Source of the DNA: an uncultured Gammaproteobacteria bacterium
GTDB taxonomy: Bacteria; Patescibacteriota; Microgenomatia; Woykebacterales; RBG-16-39-9b
Assembly: GCA_964367355.1 (NCBI GenBank)
Contig: CAYIWY010000003.1
Span: 36,919 to 100,918, forward strand
Reading direction: 5' to 3'
DNA length: 64,000 nt
Shown here: positions 26,626 to 38,261 of the stretch, in pieces
Layout: every line of letters begins with the position of its first letter
Position numbering within the stretch: position 1 is the first letter of the stretch
Notes under the pieces: generated by a model
Database searches by the model: none
What the model saw: the letters and a program-made list of their open reading frames with translations, nothing else
What the model was told of the DNA's origin: nothing
Made by a program: the position numbers and the translations under genes

Positions 26626-27876
26626 ATGACCGAATACAAAAAAAGTGTGGTTTCAGGCGCCACTTTGGAGCCACTATTTAGTATAGGAGAACTGTATGTA
26701 TCGGACTTTTTGAAGAAGAATGAGAAGCCTAAAGGGTTACCATGCGAGCTAGAGCTAGGGTTTGACCCAGTCAGTAAGGCAGTACAGTTAACTAAACAGC
26801 CAGACGCTTCGCTGATGTGGGGTAGCATGTACTACTATCGTAGTGCTGTCAACCCAGCTATGCGCGGTGCTTTGCGTGATTTAGCTGAAAGAACCTGTAA
26901 ATCAATTCCTGAAACCCAAAAGAAAACTGTATATTTGGACATTGCTTCGAACGACGGATATTTATTATCTACGGTCGACAAAAAAAAGTATCTATGTGTC
27001 GGGATAGATCCCTCAGATTATCCTGAAGCCAAAGATAATACCGACGTCAATATTCAGGAATATTTTTCAGCTAAGGCCTTTATCGATGCTGGTTTTACCA
27101 AAGCCTCAAGGATTAGTTGTGCCGCTTGCTTCTATGATGTTGATGAGCCAGAAAAATTTCTGAAGGATGTCTATGATATTCTTGAAAATGATGGATTGTT
27201 CACATTGCAAATTTCATACACTCCAGCGAATATTCTACAAACTGAGTTGGGGGTTATTTGCCACGAGCATTTGTCCTATTACAACCTGACGTCGGTCAAA
27301 TGGATGACTGACAGAGTTGGTTTTGTTATTAGAGACGTGGAGTTAAATAACGTCAATGGAGGCTCAATACGACTATACTTGCAAAAGAAAGATGCTCAGA
27401 ACAACTATCTGACTCCAGCTGACCGAGACGTCTGTAAAATCCGGGTCGAGTCTTTGTTGCTTTGGGAAGAACAGTCAGGTTTTAACGACCCAAAAATATA
27501 CAAGGATTTTTACAAACAGATATTAGAACTCAAGGAAGAAACAGTAACATTCATTAAAAAAGTAAAAGCGAGTGGTAAATCTGTTTGGGGTTATGGAGCA
27601 AGCACTAAAGGCAACACCTTGCTCCAGATGTTTGGGTTGGACAATAGTTTGATTGATGGTATCGCCGAAAAACAGGAATTTAAATGGGGGAGACACACTG
27701 TTGGTACCAACATACCGATTTATTCAGAAGCAGAGATGCGCAAGGTGCAACCAGACTACCTATTAATACTTCCTTGGTTTTTTCGAGATACTTTTATTGA
27801 GCGTGAGAAAGAATATCTTAAAAAAGGAGGCACAATGATTTTCCCAGCCCCCCACTTCTCTACCTATCCACTATAG
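26626..27876 (+). CDS. Class I SAM-dependent methyltransferase (sugar C-/O-methyltransferase-like, two-domain)
   Basis: Motif I-like VYLDIASNDGYLL (cf. VLEIGSNDG of TylCIII-type MTases); 416 aa. Confidence 0.5.
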   Translation: MTEYKKSVVSGATLEPLFSIGELYVSDFLKKNEKPKGLPCELELGFDPVSKAVQLTKQPDASLMWGSMYYYRSAVNPAMRGALRDLAERTCKSIPETQKKTVYLDIASNDGYLLSTVDKKKYLCVGIDPSDYPEAKDNTDVNIQEYFSAKAFIDAGFTKASRISCAACFYDVDEPEKFLKDVYDILENDGLFTLQISYTPANILQTELGVICHEHLSYYNLTSVKWMTDRVGFVIRDVELNNVNGGSIRLYLQKKDAQNNYLTPADRDVCKIRVESLLLWEEQSGFNDPKIYKDFYKQILELKEETVTFIKKVKASGKSVWGYGASTKGNTLLQMFGLDNSLIDGIAEKQEFKWGRHTVGTNIPIYSEAEMRKVQPDYLLILPWFFRDTFIEREKEYLKKGGTMIFPAPHFSTYPL

Positions 27877-28022
27877 GTTTTGAATTAGGTCTTAACTTTA
27901 CATTATGCATAAATACGACTCACTTTTCAAATTTCTTCTCTATGCGAGCCAGACTAATTTTATTAAGTTTAAGTTAGCTTGGTTCGAAAATGTACCTGGT
28001 TTCTTAGATCAATTGATACAAT

Positions 28023-29219
28023 GTGAGCTACGTGTATAATATGGAAGAACTCGACCCCTATAATATAGAAGAACTCGACCAATCATTTAAGATTTCCTAT
28101 GCCCAAAACCGCGAAGATATTATCCTAGACTATTTTTTCAAAGATGTGTCGCGAGGGTTTTATGTTGATGTAGGAGCAGGCCACCCAGAAGAAGATTCAG
28201 TTACGAAGCTTTTCTATGACAAGGGATGGAGAGGTATAAATATAGAGCCGATAAAAAGAGTGTACAACTTAATTCAAAAAAGCCGCCCCAGAGACACAAA
28301 TCTCAACATTGGTCTATCGGATAAGAAAGGAAAGTTACTCTTCCGAGAATATGAGAATTATGGTCAATCTACCTTCACTGTAGATATGAAAGAAGAATAT
28401 CAAAGTTCTTTAGGCATTATGAATAAATATGAGGATTATGAAGTGCAGGTTGACACTTTAGCTAACGTATTGAATCAGCAAGAAGTCAAACACATAAACT
28501 TTTTAAAGATAGACGTTGAAGGTTTAGAGAATGAGGTATTAGAAGGCAACGATTGGCGTAGATATCGTCCCGATGTTCTATGCGTAGAAGCAAATCATAT
28601 ATTTAAGGATTGGCGCCCACTCCTTAGCACTAATGGCTATACAAAAGTCTTCAATGATGGGCTAAACGATTACTATTTAGCCAAGGAGTTTAGTAGAGTA
28701 AAAAGTTTCTCATACGTGGCGGCTCTACTTAGTGACGTACGACCGCTAGATTATAGAGTTGCCAATGTATTTAATAAAGAGATTGCTATACTTAATTCCA
28801 AAATTGTTACTTATATATCAAAAGATGCTGAAAAATATTTAATGATTGACCAACTAGAGCACGAAGTTAATAAGCTAAACAGCCACCTATCAAATTACCA
28901 GAGCATACGACCATTAATAAAAGCTTTGTTTGCAAGAGTCAGTTTAAAAATTGAAGAACATATCTACCCTTCTAAATATAGAAAGCAGCTCACTCTTCCT
29001 CGAGACGCAAAATTGGCTCTACATAACGAAGTTCATGAACAACTTAAGGAGATCAATGAATACGACAAGATTTATTTAACAAAAATTAAAGTAGCATCTC
29101 ATCCAGTTCGGGCATACGAACTGGGCCTATATAGAAAAACGAAGCACTTGGCAATTCGCATTATTAGGACTAGACAGCGTGTAATGATGAAAATTAAGAA
29201 AATAATCCCGGGAAGATAA
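28023..29219 (+). CDS. FkbM-family methyltransferase with C-terminal coiled-coil extension
   Basis: VDVGAGHPEEDS ... LNIGLSDKKG ... FLKIDVEGLENEVLEG: FkbM motifs. Confidence 0.7.
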   Translation: MSYVYNMEELDPYNIEELDQSFKISYAQNREDIILDYFFKDVSRGFYVDVGAGHPEEDSVTKLFYDKGWRGINIEPIKRVYNLIQKSRPRDTNLNIGLSDKKGKLLFREYENYGQSTFTVDMKEEYQSSLGIMNKYEDYEVQVDTLANVLNQQEVKHINFLKIDVEGLENEVLEGNDWRRYRPDVLCVEANHIFKDWRPLLSTNGYTKVFNDGLNDYYLAKEFSRVKSFSYVAALLSDVRPLDYRVANVFNKEIAILNSKIVTYISKDAEKYLMIDQLEHEVNKLNSHLSNYQSIRPLIKALFARVSLKIEEHIYPSKYRKQLTLPRDAKLALHNEVHEQLKEINEYDKIYLTKIKVASHPVRAYELGLYRKTKHLAIRIIRTRQRVMMKIKKIIPGR

Positions 29220-31516
29220 TGGATAAAAAGCGTGTTCTACTAGTTGATTCACAGTTGTTCCAAAGCCATGCCTTGCATAGAGGGGTTGGAAAGTATTCCC
29301 AATCTTTACTTAAAGAACTTAATAAAAAGTCGGATTTATACGCTAAGAAAATATTGATATTTAATGACTCTGGTATAGATAAGCATGATTTTCAGAACAT
29401 TAAAAGAATCGCTAACAATTTTGATTTCGAATTTCTTGCTCTTCACCGTGCAGATACGAGTAGTTTTGAGCAGTATAGATCGATAGAAAAAATTAATAAA
29501 GAAACCCTGGATTTGTACATCAAAGACAACCTCCCAAATTATTTAGTCGACTTTTTGATATTATCTCTTTTTCAACACGATGAGTGCCCAACCTTCCCTA
29601 GCTTGAATGTTCGCAAATGTTTGTTACTATACGATTTAATCCCTTTGCTAGCACCAAATCTTTATCTAAGCGATCCCGGTGCTGCTACAATATACCTTTC
29701 AAGATACAAAGTTCTCTATGAAGCAGACCATTTTTTTACGATTTCACAAACAGTCGCGACTGATCTTTCTGTAAATTTAGGTATACCTAAAGAGCACATC
29801 ACGCCAATTTACGGAGCACCAATAAATCGAAAACTCTTTAAACCAAAACCTTTGAAAGAACTTGTAAATCAAAAATTTATTTTGTTACCTTCAGGTAATG
29901 ACCCCAGAAAAAATAACCCGCGTGCTGTTCTCGCATTTGAAGCCTTTAACCGAAAGCACGGTGGCCAGTTTATGCTAGTCATAACTTCGTTCTTTGATGA
30001 TAGAACCAAAAGCAAACTAAAAAATTTATGCGATCGGCTGGTTTTTACGGGTAATGTATCGGACGAGCATATGGCTTGGCTGTATAAAAACGCATCGTTG
30101 GTGTTGTTCCCTTCTACATTTGAGGGGCTGGGCATGCCCGTTTTGGAAGCAGTAGAATTTAGCAAGCCGGTTGTTTGTTCGAATCTAGATGTATTTAAGG
30201 AAATCAGCAAGACAGCTTTTAATTTCTGTGACCCTTACAAGGTTGAGAGTATAGAAAAAACAATCACTAAATCGTTTAGAAACGGGTTCAAGGTGGATGC
30301 CAGTTCCTATAAGGAAATACTAAAAGCCTACTCATGGGAAAAAACCGCAGAACTAGTTTTGAAAAAACTAAAAAAACCGTATATTACTCAACCACCTAAA
30401 GCTAAACTTAAAATCGCAATATTCGCCCCCACCCCGAGCGGGTATTCTGCGATAGGCAAATTTGTTCAAGAGCAACATTATGTGTTCTCCAGGTCGGCCG
30501 AAATAGATTATTATCTAGAAACAGGGTTCTCAGGCAAGGCTAAAGAAGTAAAGCTTAGGGAGAACCTTCTTCCTTTTATTACAAACTGCAAAGACCCCTG
30601 GCAGTTTAATGATAAAGAAAAAAATCAATACGATAAAGTAATCTACCATATTGGAAATAGTGAATATCACGTAGCAACCCTTATAAAAGCTCTCAGTTTT
30701 CCAGCAACTGTAGTAATACACGACCCAAATATCGAAGGTCTGTATGAGGTCTCACATAAGGAGGGCATGTTTGGAAAACAGCGACTCGAGGCGGAGCAAA
30801 GACTACAAGATTTAATTAAGCCAAAAGAGGCTAAATTCATCACAAGCCTGTTAAGCAAACAGGAAGAGATAATAGTTCACTCTGATCACGCTAAAGACGC
30901 GGTGGAAGAATCGTTGCCTGAAACTATTGAACAACGGCCTAATCTAGTCCGGCTGAACCTTACTACTCCGATACCCTACCATATTGATCTTGATACAAGA
31001 GGCAAAAAAGATATCCTAACCGTGGTAATTGCTGGCATAGTGCACGAAGCCAAAGGGCCAGAAATTGTTGAGGAGATAGCAAAACTTAAGCTTACTCAAA
31101 AATCATTAACTGTGAAAATAATTGGTTTTTCGCTTCTTTCCCAATCTACTGAGGAAAGAATCGCAAAAATTGATAACGTAGAGCTAATCTATTCTCCTTC
31201 AGATGCAAGATTTTTGTATGAATTACGTAACAGTGATGTTATCGTAAATTTTCGTTCTGATTATCAGGGAGAGCCGTCTCTTACAGTACTTGAAGCCATG
31301 AGGCAGGGTAAAGCAGTTATCGTTAACAAGCAAGGTTGGTTCGATAAGCTACCAAATGACTTAGTATACAAGGCAAGCACTAAGGACGAAGCTATAGATT
31401 TGATTTTAAAAGTTAGCAATGATGATCAATCAGTATCTGCTAAAAAACGTTGGCGCTATATAGAAAAGAACCATAATATTAGCGACTACATCAACACACT
31501 TATTAATGTCGAATAA
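29219..31516 (+). CDS. Two-domain GT4 glycosyltransferase
   Basis: First GT4 C-domain FPSTFEGLGMPVLEAVEFSKPVVCS; second GT4-like half with LTVLEAMRQGKAVIV. Confidence 0.75.
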   Translation: MDKKRVLLVDSQLFQSHALHRGVGKYSQSLLKELNKKSDLYAKKILIFNDSGIDKHDFQNIKRIANNFDFEFLALHRADTSSFEQYRSIEKINKETLDLYIKDNLPNYLVDFLILSLFQHDECPTFPSLNVRKCLLLYDLIPLLAPNLYLSDPGAATIYLSRYKVLYEADHFFTISQTVATDLSVNLGIPKEHITPIYGAPINRKLFKPKPLKELVNQKFILLPSGNDPRKNNPRAVLAFEAFNRKHGGQFMLVITSFFDDRTKSKLKNLCDRLVFTGNVSDEHMAWLYKNASLVLFPSTFEGLGMPVLEAVEFSKPVVCSNLDVFKEISKTAFNFCDPYKVESIEKTITKSFRNGFKVDASSYKEILKAYSWEKTAELVLKKLKKPYITQPPKAKLKIAIFAPTPSGYSAIGKFVQEQHYVFSRSAEIDYYLETGFSGKAKEVKLRENLLPFITNCKDPWQFNDKEKNQYDKVIYHIGNSEYHVATLIKALSFPATVVIHDPNIEGLYEVSHKEGMFGKQRLEAEQRLQDLIKPKEAKFITSLLSKQEEIIVHSDHAKDAVEESLPETIEQRPNLVRLNLTTPIPYHIDLDTRGKKDILTVVIAGIVHEAKGPEIVEEIAKLKLTQKSLTVKIIGFSLLSQSTEERIAKIDNVELIYSPSDARFLYELRNSDVIVNFRSDYQGEPSLTVLEAMRQGKAVIVNKQGWFDKLPNDLVYKASTKDEAIDLILKVSNDDQSVSAKKRWRYIEKNHNISDYINTLINVE

Positions 31517-31542
31517 TTCAAGTACCTGGGCGGTTATAAAAG

Positions 31543-32841
31543 CTAACGTTTAGACTCTAGAGATTCAATCAGTTCAATAAACTTGGATGTTGTTCTCTGC
31601 CAAGAGAACTTTTTAGCTTGTTTCTTGCCTGCTGAAATGGTCTGCTTGCGAAGATTTTTATCAACAAGCAACCTTTTAATAATAAAGGCTATATCCTCTG
31701 CTACATTGGCATAGAGAGCAGCCCCACCTACTACTTCAGCTAATGATGGGTTATTGTAGCACACGACCGGACAACCTTGTTGCATAGCCTCTAATACTGG
31801 TAGCCCAAACCCTTCGTATAGCGTTGGATATACAAATGCAACAGCGTTTTGATAAAGCAGTTTTTTTTCTTCTGGAGTTACGAAACCCAATAAATAAATG
31901 TTGTCACTGTAAGAGGAACATTTCAGAGCCTCCCTAACGTCTTCGTTTGGTATAGTTTCCAGATCTTGTAAATCATAACCTGCAAGTACTAGAGCGCAGT
32001 CTATTCCTTCGGCTCGCAGGAGATTATAAGACAAGATCAAATCTTGAATGCGCCGACGAGGATCGACCCCACCGATGTACAGGATATAAGGTTTATCTTT
32101 TATGGATAGTGAACGATATCTTCTCTGGCTGGGGATAAATCGCCAGTCTAATGACCAAAAAAGTTTATCTTTTGGCTCGTTCCTTGTGACAGACATCAAT
32201 TCATCGGCTGCTAGAAGCAATGGTTTAATTTTCTGTTCATCTACATTGAGGTAATTTACCAAGTCGTGTTTGGTGTGCTCTGATATTGCCAGCACAAGAT
32301 CGGTTCGTTGCAAGGACTTGCGTAGGTGCCAAAAATAGCGAGATCGGTGAAACTGACCCTTAGCTGCCGCCATGACGCTTCTAGTATATGTCCATGTCTG
32401 ACTGAAGGTTGGTAGGTAGTATTCCTCAAATATTAGAGGTATGAGATCATATTTAATCAAAGCATTTTTAACTCCAGGGTGGTTTGGAACTCCAAGCAAA
32501 AAATCAAACTGAACAAATACATCTATGTGTTTAATCTCAGGCAAATGGTTGATCGAATTTGCTTTACGCCAAGAAGAGTAAAGTTTTTTTAGATACCTGA
32601 CTGGTTTCAATCGGTCATGCGGAGGGAGAATTTCTTTTGTATTAATAATGCGGTGAGAAATATTGTAGTCATTTAAAATAGTCGGTACTTGGTGATTCTC
32701 ATAAAGATAGAACACAAGCTCCCAATGTTTGATCTGGTCAGAGTTTTTCTGAAGCTGTGTGAGGATATTCTGTAAGCAAATACCAATACCTCTGTACTGG
32801 TGACCTATTTGTAGTGTTCGTAAATCAAAAGCCACCTTCAT
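31543..32841 (-). CDS. GT4 glycosyltransferase
   Basis: YPTLYEGFGLPVLEAMQQGCPVVCYNNPSLAEVVG (EX7E motif). Confidence 0.85.
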   Translation of the reverse strand: MKVAFDLRTLQIGHQYRGIGICLQNILTQLQKNSDQIKHWELVFYLYENHQVPTILNDYNISHRIINTKEILPPHDRLKPVRYLKKLYSSWRKANSINHLPEIKHIDVFVQFDFLLGVPNHPGVKNALIKYDLIPLIFEEYYLPTFSQTWTYTRSVMAAAKGQFHRSRYFWHLRKSLQRTDLVLAISEHTKHDLVNYLNVDEQKIKPLLLAADELMSVTRNEPKDKLFWSLDWRFIPSQRRYRSLSIKDKPYILYIGGVDPRRRIQDLILSYNLLRAEGIDCALVLAGYDLQDLETIPNEDVREALKCSSYSDNIYLLGFVTPEEKKLLYQNAVAFVYPTLYEGFGLPVLEAMQQGCPVVCYNNPSLAEVVGGAALYANVAEDIAFIIKRLLVDKNLRKQTISAGKKQAKKFSWQRTTSKFIELIESLESKR

Positions 32842-34010
32842 TCTAGTTGCAGTAAAGCCTTATAAATTTTTTGAGCACTTATGTCCCAGGAGAATTTTTG
32901 GGACTGGGAATACCCTTTTTCGACTAGAGAATCTCGGAGAGACTCATCGTCAAGCAATTTAATCATAGATTCAGTAAGTCCTTTCTCATCGGTGCTTTTT
33001 ACTAATATTCCTGCATTGCCGACTACCTCTGGCAAAGATGTATTGTCCGAAGTAATTACGGGCACACCGCACGACATTGCTTCCAGGGGCGGCATGCCGA
33101 AACCTTCGTAGTGGCTTGGGTATACAAGCATTGATGAACCTGAATAAACTGCTGGAATGTCTTCATCATCAACGTAAGATTTTGGGCGGGCAATGGTATA
33201 GCCATTTTGCTTGGCTTTTTTTATTTTGTCAAAAATATCTTCGTTCAACCAGCCGCTAGCACCTACAAGTAGCAAAGGTGCTTTATCAGAATAACTGCGT
33301 GGTAGTTTGGTGTATGCGTCAATCAAAGTAGTTATATTTTTGCGAGGCTCAATATTGCCCACAAACAATATGTAGTTATCTGGCAGTTCATAATTTCGCT
33401 TTACCCTATCAACTTCCCACTCGGAGCGTCGGTAGAAGTACTTCCTGTCTACCGCTGGGTAAGCCACTAAAACCTTAGCGGGATTGATATTATAGAATGA
33501 TATAAGCTCACTCTTTGTATAGTTTGAGATGGTTATGATCAAGTTTGATTCCTTGATTGTCTTGCGTACTACTTTTGATAAGTATTGGGCGTTATTAGCG
33601 TCCACATACTGTGGTACAATCTCAAAAGATATATCGTACACGATAGTAGCACTTTTAGACCTTAAAAGCGGGTAACTGGCGAAATTGGTGAAAAGATATG
33701 TGCCCTGGTCGAGCCATAAATCCAGTGGTATACCTGCATCAATGAGCTTTTGGGGGACCCAAGCGGGTGGTGTTTTGGTCTTTCGCTGAGTGTGTTCGAG
33801 ATGAAATTTGTCAAGGTGTTTTATTCTACTTCTCGAAGTAAAAAGCACTGTAGAGTAGCGACTTAGCCTCTGATTCTGGGATAGTATATTGTCGGGATGT
33901 CCAAGGTAGCGATCCCAAGCTTGAGCAATGCCCTTTACATAATGGCCCACACCGCTGAAGTGATCAGCGACCAATACGTTACATTCGAAATATATTTTTT
34001 TGTTGCGCAT
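32838..34010 (-). CDS. GT4 glycosyltransferase
   Basis: [35 protein letters not shown]. Confidence 0.85.
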   Translation of the reverse strand: MRNKKIYFECNVLVADHFSGVGHYVKGIAQAWDRYLGHPDNILSQNQRLSRYSTVLFTSRSRIKHLDKFHLEHTQRKTKTPPAWVPQKLIDAGIPLDLWLDQGTYLFTNFASYPLLRSKSATIVYDISFEIVPQYVDANNAQYLSKVVRKTIKESNLIITISNYTKSELISFYNINPAKVLVAYPAVDRKYFYRRSEWEVDRVKRNYELPDNYILFVGNIEPRKNITTLIDAYTKLPRSYSDKAPLLLVGASGWLNEDIFDKIKKAKQNGYTIARPKSYVDDEDIPAVYSGSSMLVYPSHYEGFGMPPLEAMSCGVPVITSDNTSLPEVVGNAGILVKSTDEKGLTESMIKLLDDESLRDSLVEKGYSQSQKFSWDISAQKIYKALLQLE

Positions 34011-34195
34011 AGATTAATGACATTTTAGCACTTAATTTCGTTTGTACCTATACTAGTATGCATAACTGCAATTGGTTTCTATGTTTTTGATCCTTCGATA
34101 TAGGTGGGCAGCTATCTAGCTGAATATTTCTCTCGTTGTTTTATATTATAACTCGACGGTCTATACAACAATGCCCGTTTGACAGTATCTAACTT

Positions 34196-35395
34196 ATGAA
34201 AATTGGAATCGACTTACGTCCGCTACAAGAGTACTCGAGATTTAGAGGAATCGGTACAGTCACTTATGAAATAACAAAGGGATTACTAAATAATTACCCA
34301 AAAGAGCAATACTTTTTCTATGTATATAAAGATTTACCTAATCCGGATTTACCAGAAATATTAAACAAGGGTACTGTGATTGGTTTTGATAAAAGTAGTA
34401 AAGATTATGTGGTAGAAAGTTTTCTTGCTAAATTAACAAAAAAAAAGTTAACTGTTTCGGAAAATATAGACGTTTTTCTGGCGACCGACCCATTAAAACA
34501 GATACCTGATGGGAAATTTAGGAAAGTTGTAATTTTTTATGACATTATTCACCTGCTTTTTACTCAGAAATATCTTCAAACACCAACAGGGAATTTTGCG
34601 ATAAATATAATTAAATTGCTTAAACTCATAAGATTTATGTTTGCAAGAAGGGTTTTGACCAAAAAGTTAGGCGAGGCCTCAAAAGCGGATAAAATTTTAG
34701 CAATATCTCAGACGACAAAGCACGATATTGTCAGTTATTTTAAAATCCCAGATGAAAACGTCGTAGTAATGCATCTCGCTGCATCTGACGTATTTAGAAA
34801 AATTGATGGTATAGACAAAAAACCACTACTTAAAAAATATCATCTTAAAGAGCCGTTTATCCTCTATGTTGGTGGACTTGACTATCGAAAAAATGTTTTA
34901 AATTTACTAAAGGCAGTTGTATTGATAAGAGAAAAAGATGGGTTTCCTTATCAACTTGTTATTATTGGAAAAGATGTCAGTAGAAAAAATATGCCTGAAG
35001 CTCTAGAAATAAAAGGATTTATTGCTAAAGAAAATCTTTGGTCAAATGTAAAATTGATTGATTTTGTTACGGGAGATGAATTAATAAAATTTTACAATCT
35101 TGCCAAAATATTTGTCTTTCCTTCACTTTATGAAGGGTATGGTCTGCCTGTTTTGGAAGCAATGCAGTGCGGTACTCCAGTTGCCTGTTCTAACATTCTG
35201 TCAGTTAAAGAAGTTGCAGGGGACGCTGCTCTTTACTTCGATCCTGATACTACTGAAAATATGTCTAAGGAAATAAACACACTAATAAATAATGTAGATC
35301 TCAGAGAAGAGTTAAGAAAAAAAGGTTTACAACAAGCAAAAAAATTTTCCTGGAAAAAAGCCGCAGACGTCGCATACGATTCTTTCAAGCGGTAG
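34196..35395 (+). CDS. GT4 glycosyltransferase
   Basis: FPSLYEGYGLPVLEAMQCGTPVACSNILSVKEVAG; N-terminal MKIGIDLRPL. Confidence 0.85.
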   Translation: MKIGIDLRPLQEYSRFRGIGTVTYEITKGLLNNYPKEQYFFYVYKDLPNPDLPEILNKGTVIGFDKSSKDYVVESFLAKLTKKKLTVSENIDVFLATDPLKQIPDGKFRKVVIFYDIIHLLFTQKYLQTPTGNFAINIIKLLKLIRFMFARRVLTKKLGEASKADKILAISQTTKHDIVSYFKIPDENVVVMHLAASDVFRKIDGIDKKPLLKKYHLKEPFILYVGGLDYRKNVLNLLKAVVLIREKDGFPYQLVIIGKDVSRKNMPEALEIKGFIAKENLWSNVKLIDFVTGDELIKFYNLAKIFVFPSLYEGYGLPVLEAMQCGTPVACSNILSVKEVAGDAALYFDPDTTENMSKEINTLINNVDLREELRKKGLQQAKKFSWKKAADVAYDSFKR

Positions 35396-35434
35396 ATTTG
35401 TTTATTAAATACTGATATATTAAATTCCAAAACT

Positions 35435-36373
35435 ATGAAAGCTTTAATTACTGGAATCTCTGGTTTTGCTGGTACCTACCTTTCTGACCTTCTTTTAAAA
35501 GAGGGTTATGAGGTTAGTGGTACAGTAAAACCTGATGCAATTGAAAAGAGATCAGAAAGAGATGATGTTTCACTATATAGTGGCAATTTATTGGATCAGA
35601 AATTTATTGAAAAAGTAATCAGAAAGGCAAATCCTGATATTGTTTTTCACCTAGCCTCCTATACAAGTTCGGTTGTAAGTTTTTCCGCTCCCGCAGAAAC
35701 CTTAACTAATAATATTGGAATAACAGTAAATTTACTAGAAACTTTAAAATCAATGAGTACAAAAGTGCTTTTAGTTGGTTCATCTGAAGAGTATGGGGTA
35801 GTCAAAGATAATGAGAACCCCGTCTCTGAAAACAACCCTTTTCGCCCGACCAATCCATATGCTGTTTCAAAAATTACCCAGGATTTTCTAGGTTTGCAGT
35901 ACCATCTGAGTAATAGAATGAATATTGTACGAGTGCGCCCAGGTAATCATATTGGACCTGGACAAAGACCAGACTTTGTAGTTTCTGCTTTTGCCAAACA
36001 AATTGCTTTGATTGAAGCTGGAAAACAAAATCCGCTAATTAAGGTTGGAAATCTTGAAGCCGAGCGTGATTTTACTGACGTAAGAGATATAGTTAGAGCA
36101 TACTTATTGGCAGTATTAAAAGGTAAACCTGGGGATGTCTATAATTTAGGATCAGGTAAATCTGTTAAGATAGGTACTATCTTAGAATCACTCATTAAAC
36201 TTTCAACTGCCAATTTAAAAGTTGAGCAAGATAGTTCAAGAAAAAGAATTGTTGACGTTCCCAAGATAGTAATTGATTATTCCAAGTTTAATAAAATTTC
36301 GAAATGGAAACCGGAAATAACACTCAGTCAGTCATTACAAGATATTCTTGATTACTGGAGGAAAAATGTCTAA
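35435..36373 (+). CDS. NAD(P)-dependent reductase, likely GDP-4-keto-6-deoxy-D-mannose reductase (Rmd-like)
   Basis: [16 protein letters not shown]; SDR extended family; 312 aa; adjacent to gmd. Confidence 0.55.
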   Translation: MKALITGISGFAGTYLSDLLLKEGYEVSGTVKPDAIEKRSERDDVSLYSGNLLDQKFIEKVIRKANPDIVFHLASYTSSVVSFSAPAETLTNNIGITVNLLETLKSMSTKVLLVGSSEEYGVVKDNENPVSENNPFRPTNPYAVSKITQDFLGLQYHLSNRMNIVRVRPGNHIGPGQRPDFVVSAFAKQIALIEAGKQNPLIKVGNLEAERDFTDVRDIVRAYLLAVLKGKPGDVYNLGSGKSVKIGTILESLIKLSTANLKVEQDSSRKRIVDVPKIVIDYSKFNKISKWKPEITLSQSLQDILDYWRKNV

Positions 36374-37346
36374 AAACAAACAAAAAATTGCTTTAATTAC
36401 TGGTATTACCGGTCAGGATGGGTCTTATTTGGCTGAGTTTTTACTGGAAAAAGGTTATAAAGTTTACGGAATGACCAGACGAACTAGCACAACCAACATA
36501 GATCGTATCAAACAAATTGAAGACAAAATAGAACTAGTGCAAGGAGATTTGTTGGATCAGCATTCGATAACCACTATTATCAACGAAATAAAGCCTGATG
36601 AAGTTTATAATTTGGCGGCTCAGTCTTTTGTCCCAACTAGTTGGAACCAACCTGTTTTGACAGGTGAGTTTACAGCACTTGGTGTAACTCGAGTACTTGA
36701 GGCAATAAGATTAGTTAAACCAGATACAAAAGTTTACCAAGCTTCATCCTCAGAAATGTTTGGGAAGGTTGTTGAAACCCCTCAATCTGAAAAAACCCCT
36801 TTTTACCCAAGAAGTCCTTATGGTGTCGCCAAAGCTTATGGACACTGGATCACAGTAAATTATCGAGAATCTTATAATATTTTTGCTGTTGCGGGAATTT
36901 TATTTAATCACGAATCACCCAGAAGGGGATTAGAATTTGTTACTAGGAAAATTTCACATTCAGTTGCTCGGATATCACTAAAAAAACAAGATAAAATTCA
37001 TTTAGGAAATATAGAGGCACAGCGGGATTGGGGTTTTGCTGGAGACTATGTTGAAGCGATGTGGCTAATGCTGCAACAAGAGAAACCTGTGGATTTTGTT
37101 ATCGGTACCGGAGAGACACATTCGGTCAGAGAATTTCTCGAAATTGCCTTTGCGGTAGTTGGAATTAAGGACTGGAAAAAATATATTGTTCAGGACAAAG
37201 CTTTTATGAGGCCGGCAGAAGTTGATCAGTTGATCGCAGATCCGACTAAAGCAAAAAAGATTCTCAAATGGGAACCAAAGGTTAGCTTCGATAAGCTGGT
37301 TGAAATGATGGTAAAAGAAGATATTAAGTTAGAAGAGAGTAAATAA
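36348..37346 (+). CDS. gmd: GDP-mannose 4,6-dehydratase
   Basis: [33 protein letters not shown] ... [37 protein letters not shown]. Confidence 0.9.
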   Translation: MITGGKMSKNKQKIALITGITGQDGSYLAEFLLEKGYKVYGMTRRTSTTNIDRIKQIEDKIELVQGDLLDQHSITTIINEIKPDEVYNLAAQSFVPTSWNQPVLTGEFTALGVTRVLEAIRLVKPDTKVYQASSSEMFGKVVETPQSEKTPFYPRSPYGVAKAYGHWITVNYRESYNIFAVAGILFNHESPRRGLEFVTRKISHSVARISLKKQDKIHLGNIEAQRDWGFAGDYVEAMWLMLQQEKPVDFVIGTGETHSVREFLEIAFAVVGIKDWKKYIVQDKAFMRPAEVDQLIADPTKAKKILKWEPKVSFDKLVEMMVKEDIKLEESK

Positions 37347-37378
37347 GAATATTCTCCTTAAAATTTACTAGAAAAATT

Positions 37379-37450
37379 ATGCGTGTTGGTATTGATGCTC
37401 GGTTTTTGGGTCCGGATGGAACTGGAATTGGACCACAGGAGCCAAATTAG
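37379..37450 (+). pseudogene. Remnant of a GT4 5' end (23 codons), diverged copy of the start of 38341-39474
   Basis: MRVGIDARFLGPDGTGIGPQEPN* vs MKIGIDARFLGPDGTGIGRYVEKL of the intact downstream GT. Confidence 0.65.
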
Positions 37451-37574
37451 TTCTAAAAAACAAAATCTCGCTTAGCTGGAGCTCATATGGGATAATCTGG
37501 TTAGATGTGGGGGAAGATCGAGAAAAATCACTTCGAATTGACATCAATAAGAATATCATTTATGGTAATACCAT

Positions 37575-37844
37575 ATGTCAAAAGTAAGTGCAAGAGTAAT
37601 CGGTGTTACTAAAATAACCTCCAAGGGTCAGGTGACTATACCGCAGTCTATTCGACGTAGCCTGTCTTTGAAGACGGGCGACAGTCTTGTAGTTGATCTG
37701 GAAAAAAATAAAGTTAATTTGACACCCCTACCAAGAAAATCACTTGAGGAAATTTACGGTAGTTTGCCGGTTCAGGAACCCATTAACTTCAAAAAAGTAA
37801 GAAAAGCATTTAAGGAAGAAGTAGCCAAAAGGCATTCTCGGTAG
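37575..37844 (+). CDS. AbrB/MazE/SpoVT-type antitoxin
   Basis: KITSKGQVTIPQSIRRSLSLKTGDSLVVDL: swapped-hairpin AbrB-type motif. Confidence 0.65.
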   Translation: MSKVSARVIGVTKITSKGQVTIPQSIRRSLSLKTGDSLVVDLEKNKVNLTPLPRKSLEEIYGSLPVQEPINFKKVRKAFKEEVAKRHSR

Positions 37845-37847
37845 GGT

Positions 37848-38261
37848 ATGAAGAAGTATTTATTGGATACTAATATTTTCTTAAGGTTTTTGACTAAAGA
37901 CGATCCAATAAAATCAGAAAAAATCTTAGCGTTTTTTCAAAAGGCGGAAAGAGGAGATATCAAACTTAGTACTTCAGATTTGATTGTAGCCGAAGTAGTT
38001 TGGGTACTTACTTCAAAAAAACTTTTCAATTTCTCGAGGAAACAAATTTACGACAGTTTTCTTCCACTTCTCCTAAAAGACTACTTAGAAATATCGTCTA
38101 AGGTAATGTTGCTGAAGATATTTGATTTGTTTATTGAAAAAAGTATTGATTTCATTGATTGTTATAATGCTGTTTTGGTTGGTGAATCAAACGAAAGGTT
38201 TATTTTGAGCTATGATGGGGATTTTGATAAAGTACCTTTCGTTGTGAGGGTTGAGCCTTGA
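37848..38261 (+). CDS. PIN-domain toxin (VapC-like)
   Basis: MKKYLLDTNIFLRFL... Confidence 0.7.
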   Translation: MKKYLLDTNIFLRFLTKDDPIKSEKILAFFQKAERGDIKLSTSDLIVAEVVWVLTSKKLFNFSRKQIYDSFLPLLLKDYLEISSKVMLLKIFDLFIEKSIDFIDCYNAVLVGESNERFILSYDGDFDKVPFVVRVEP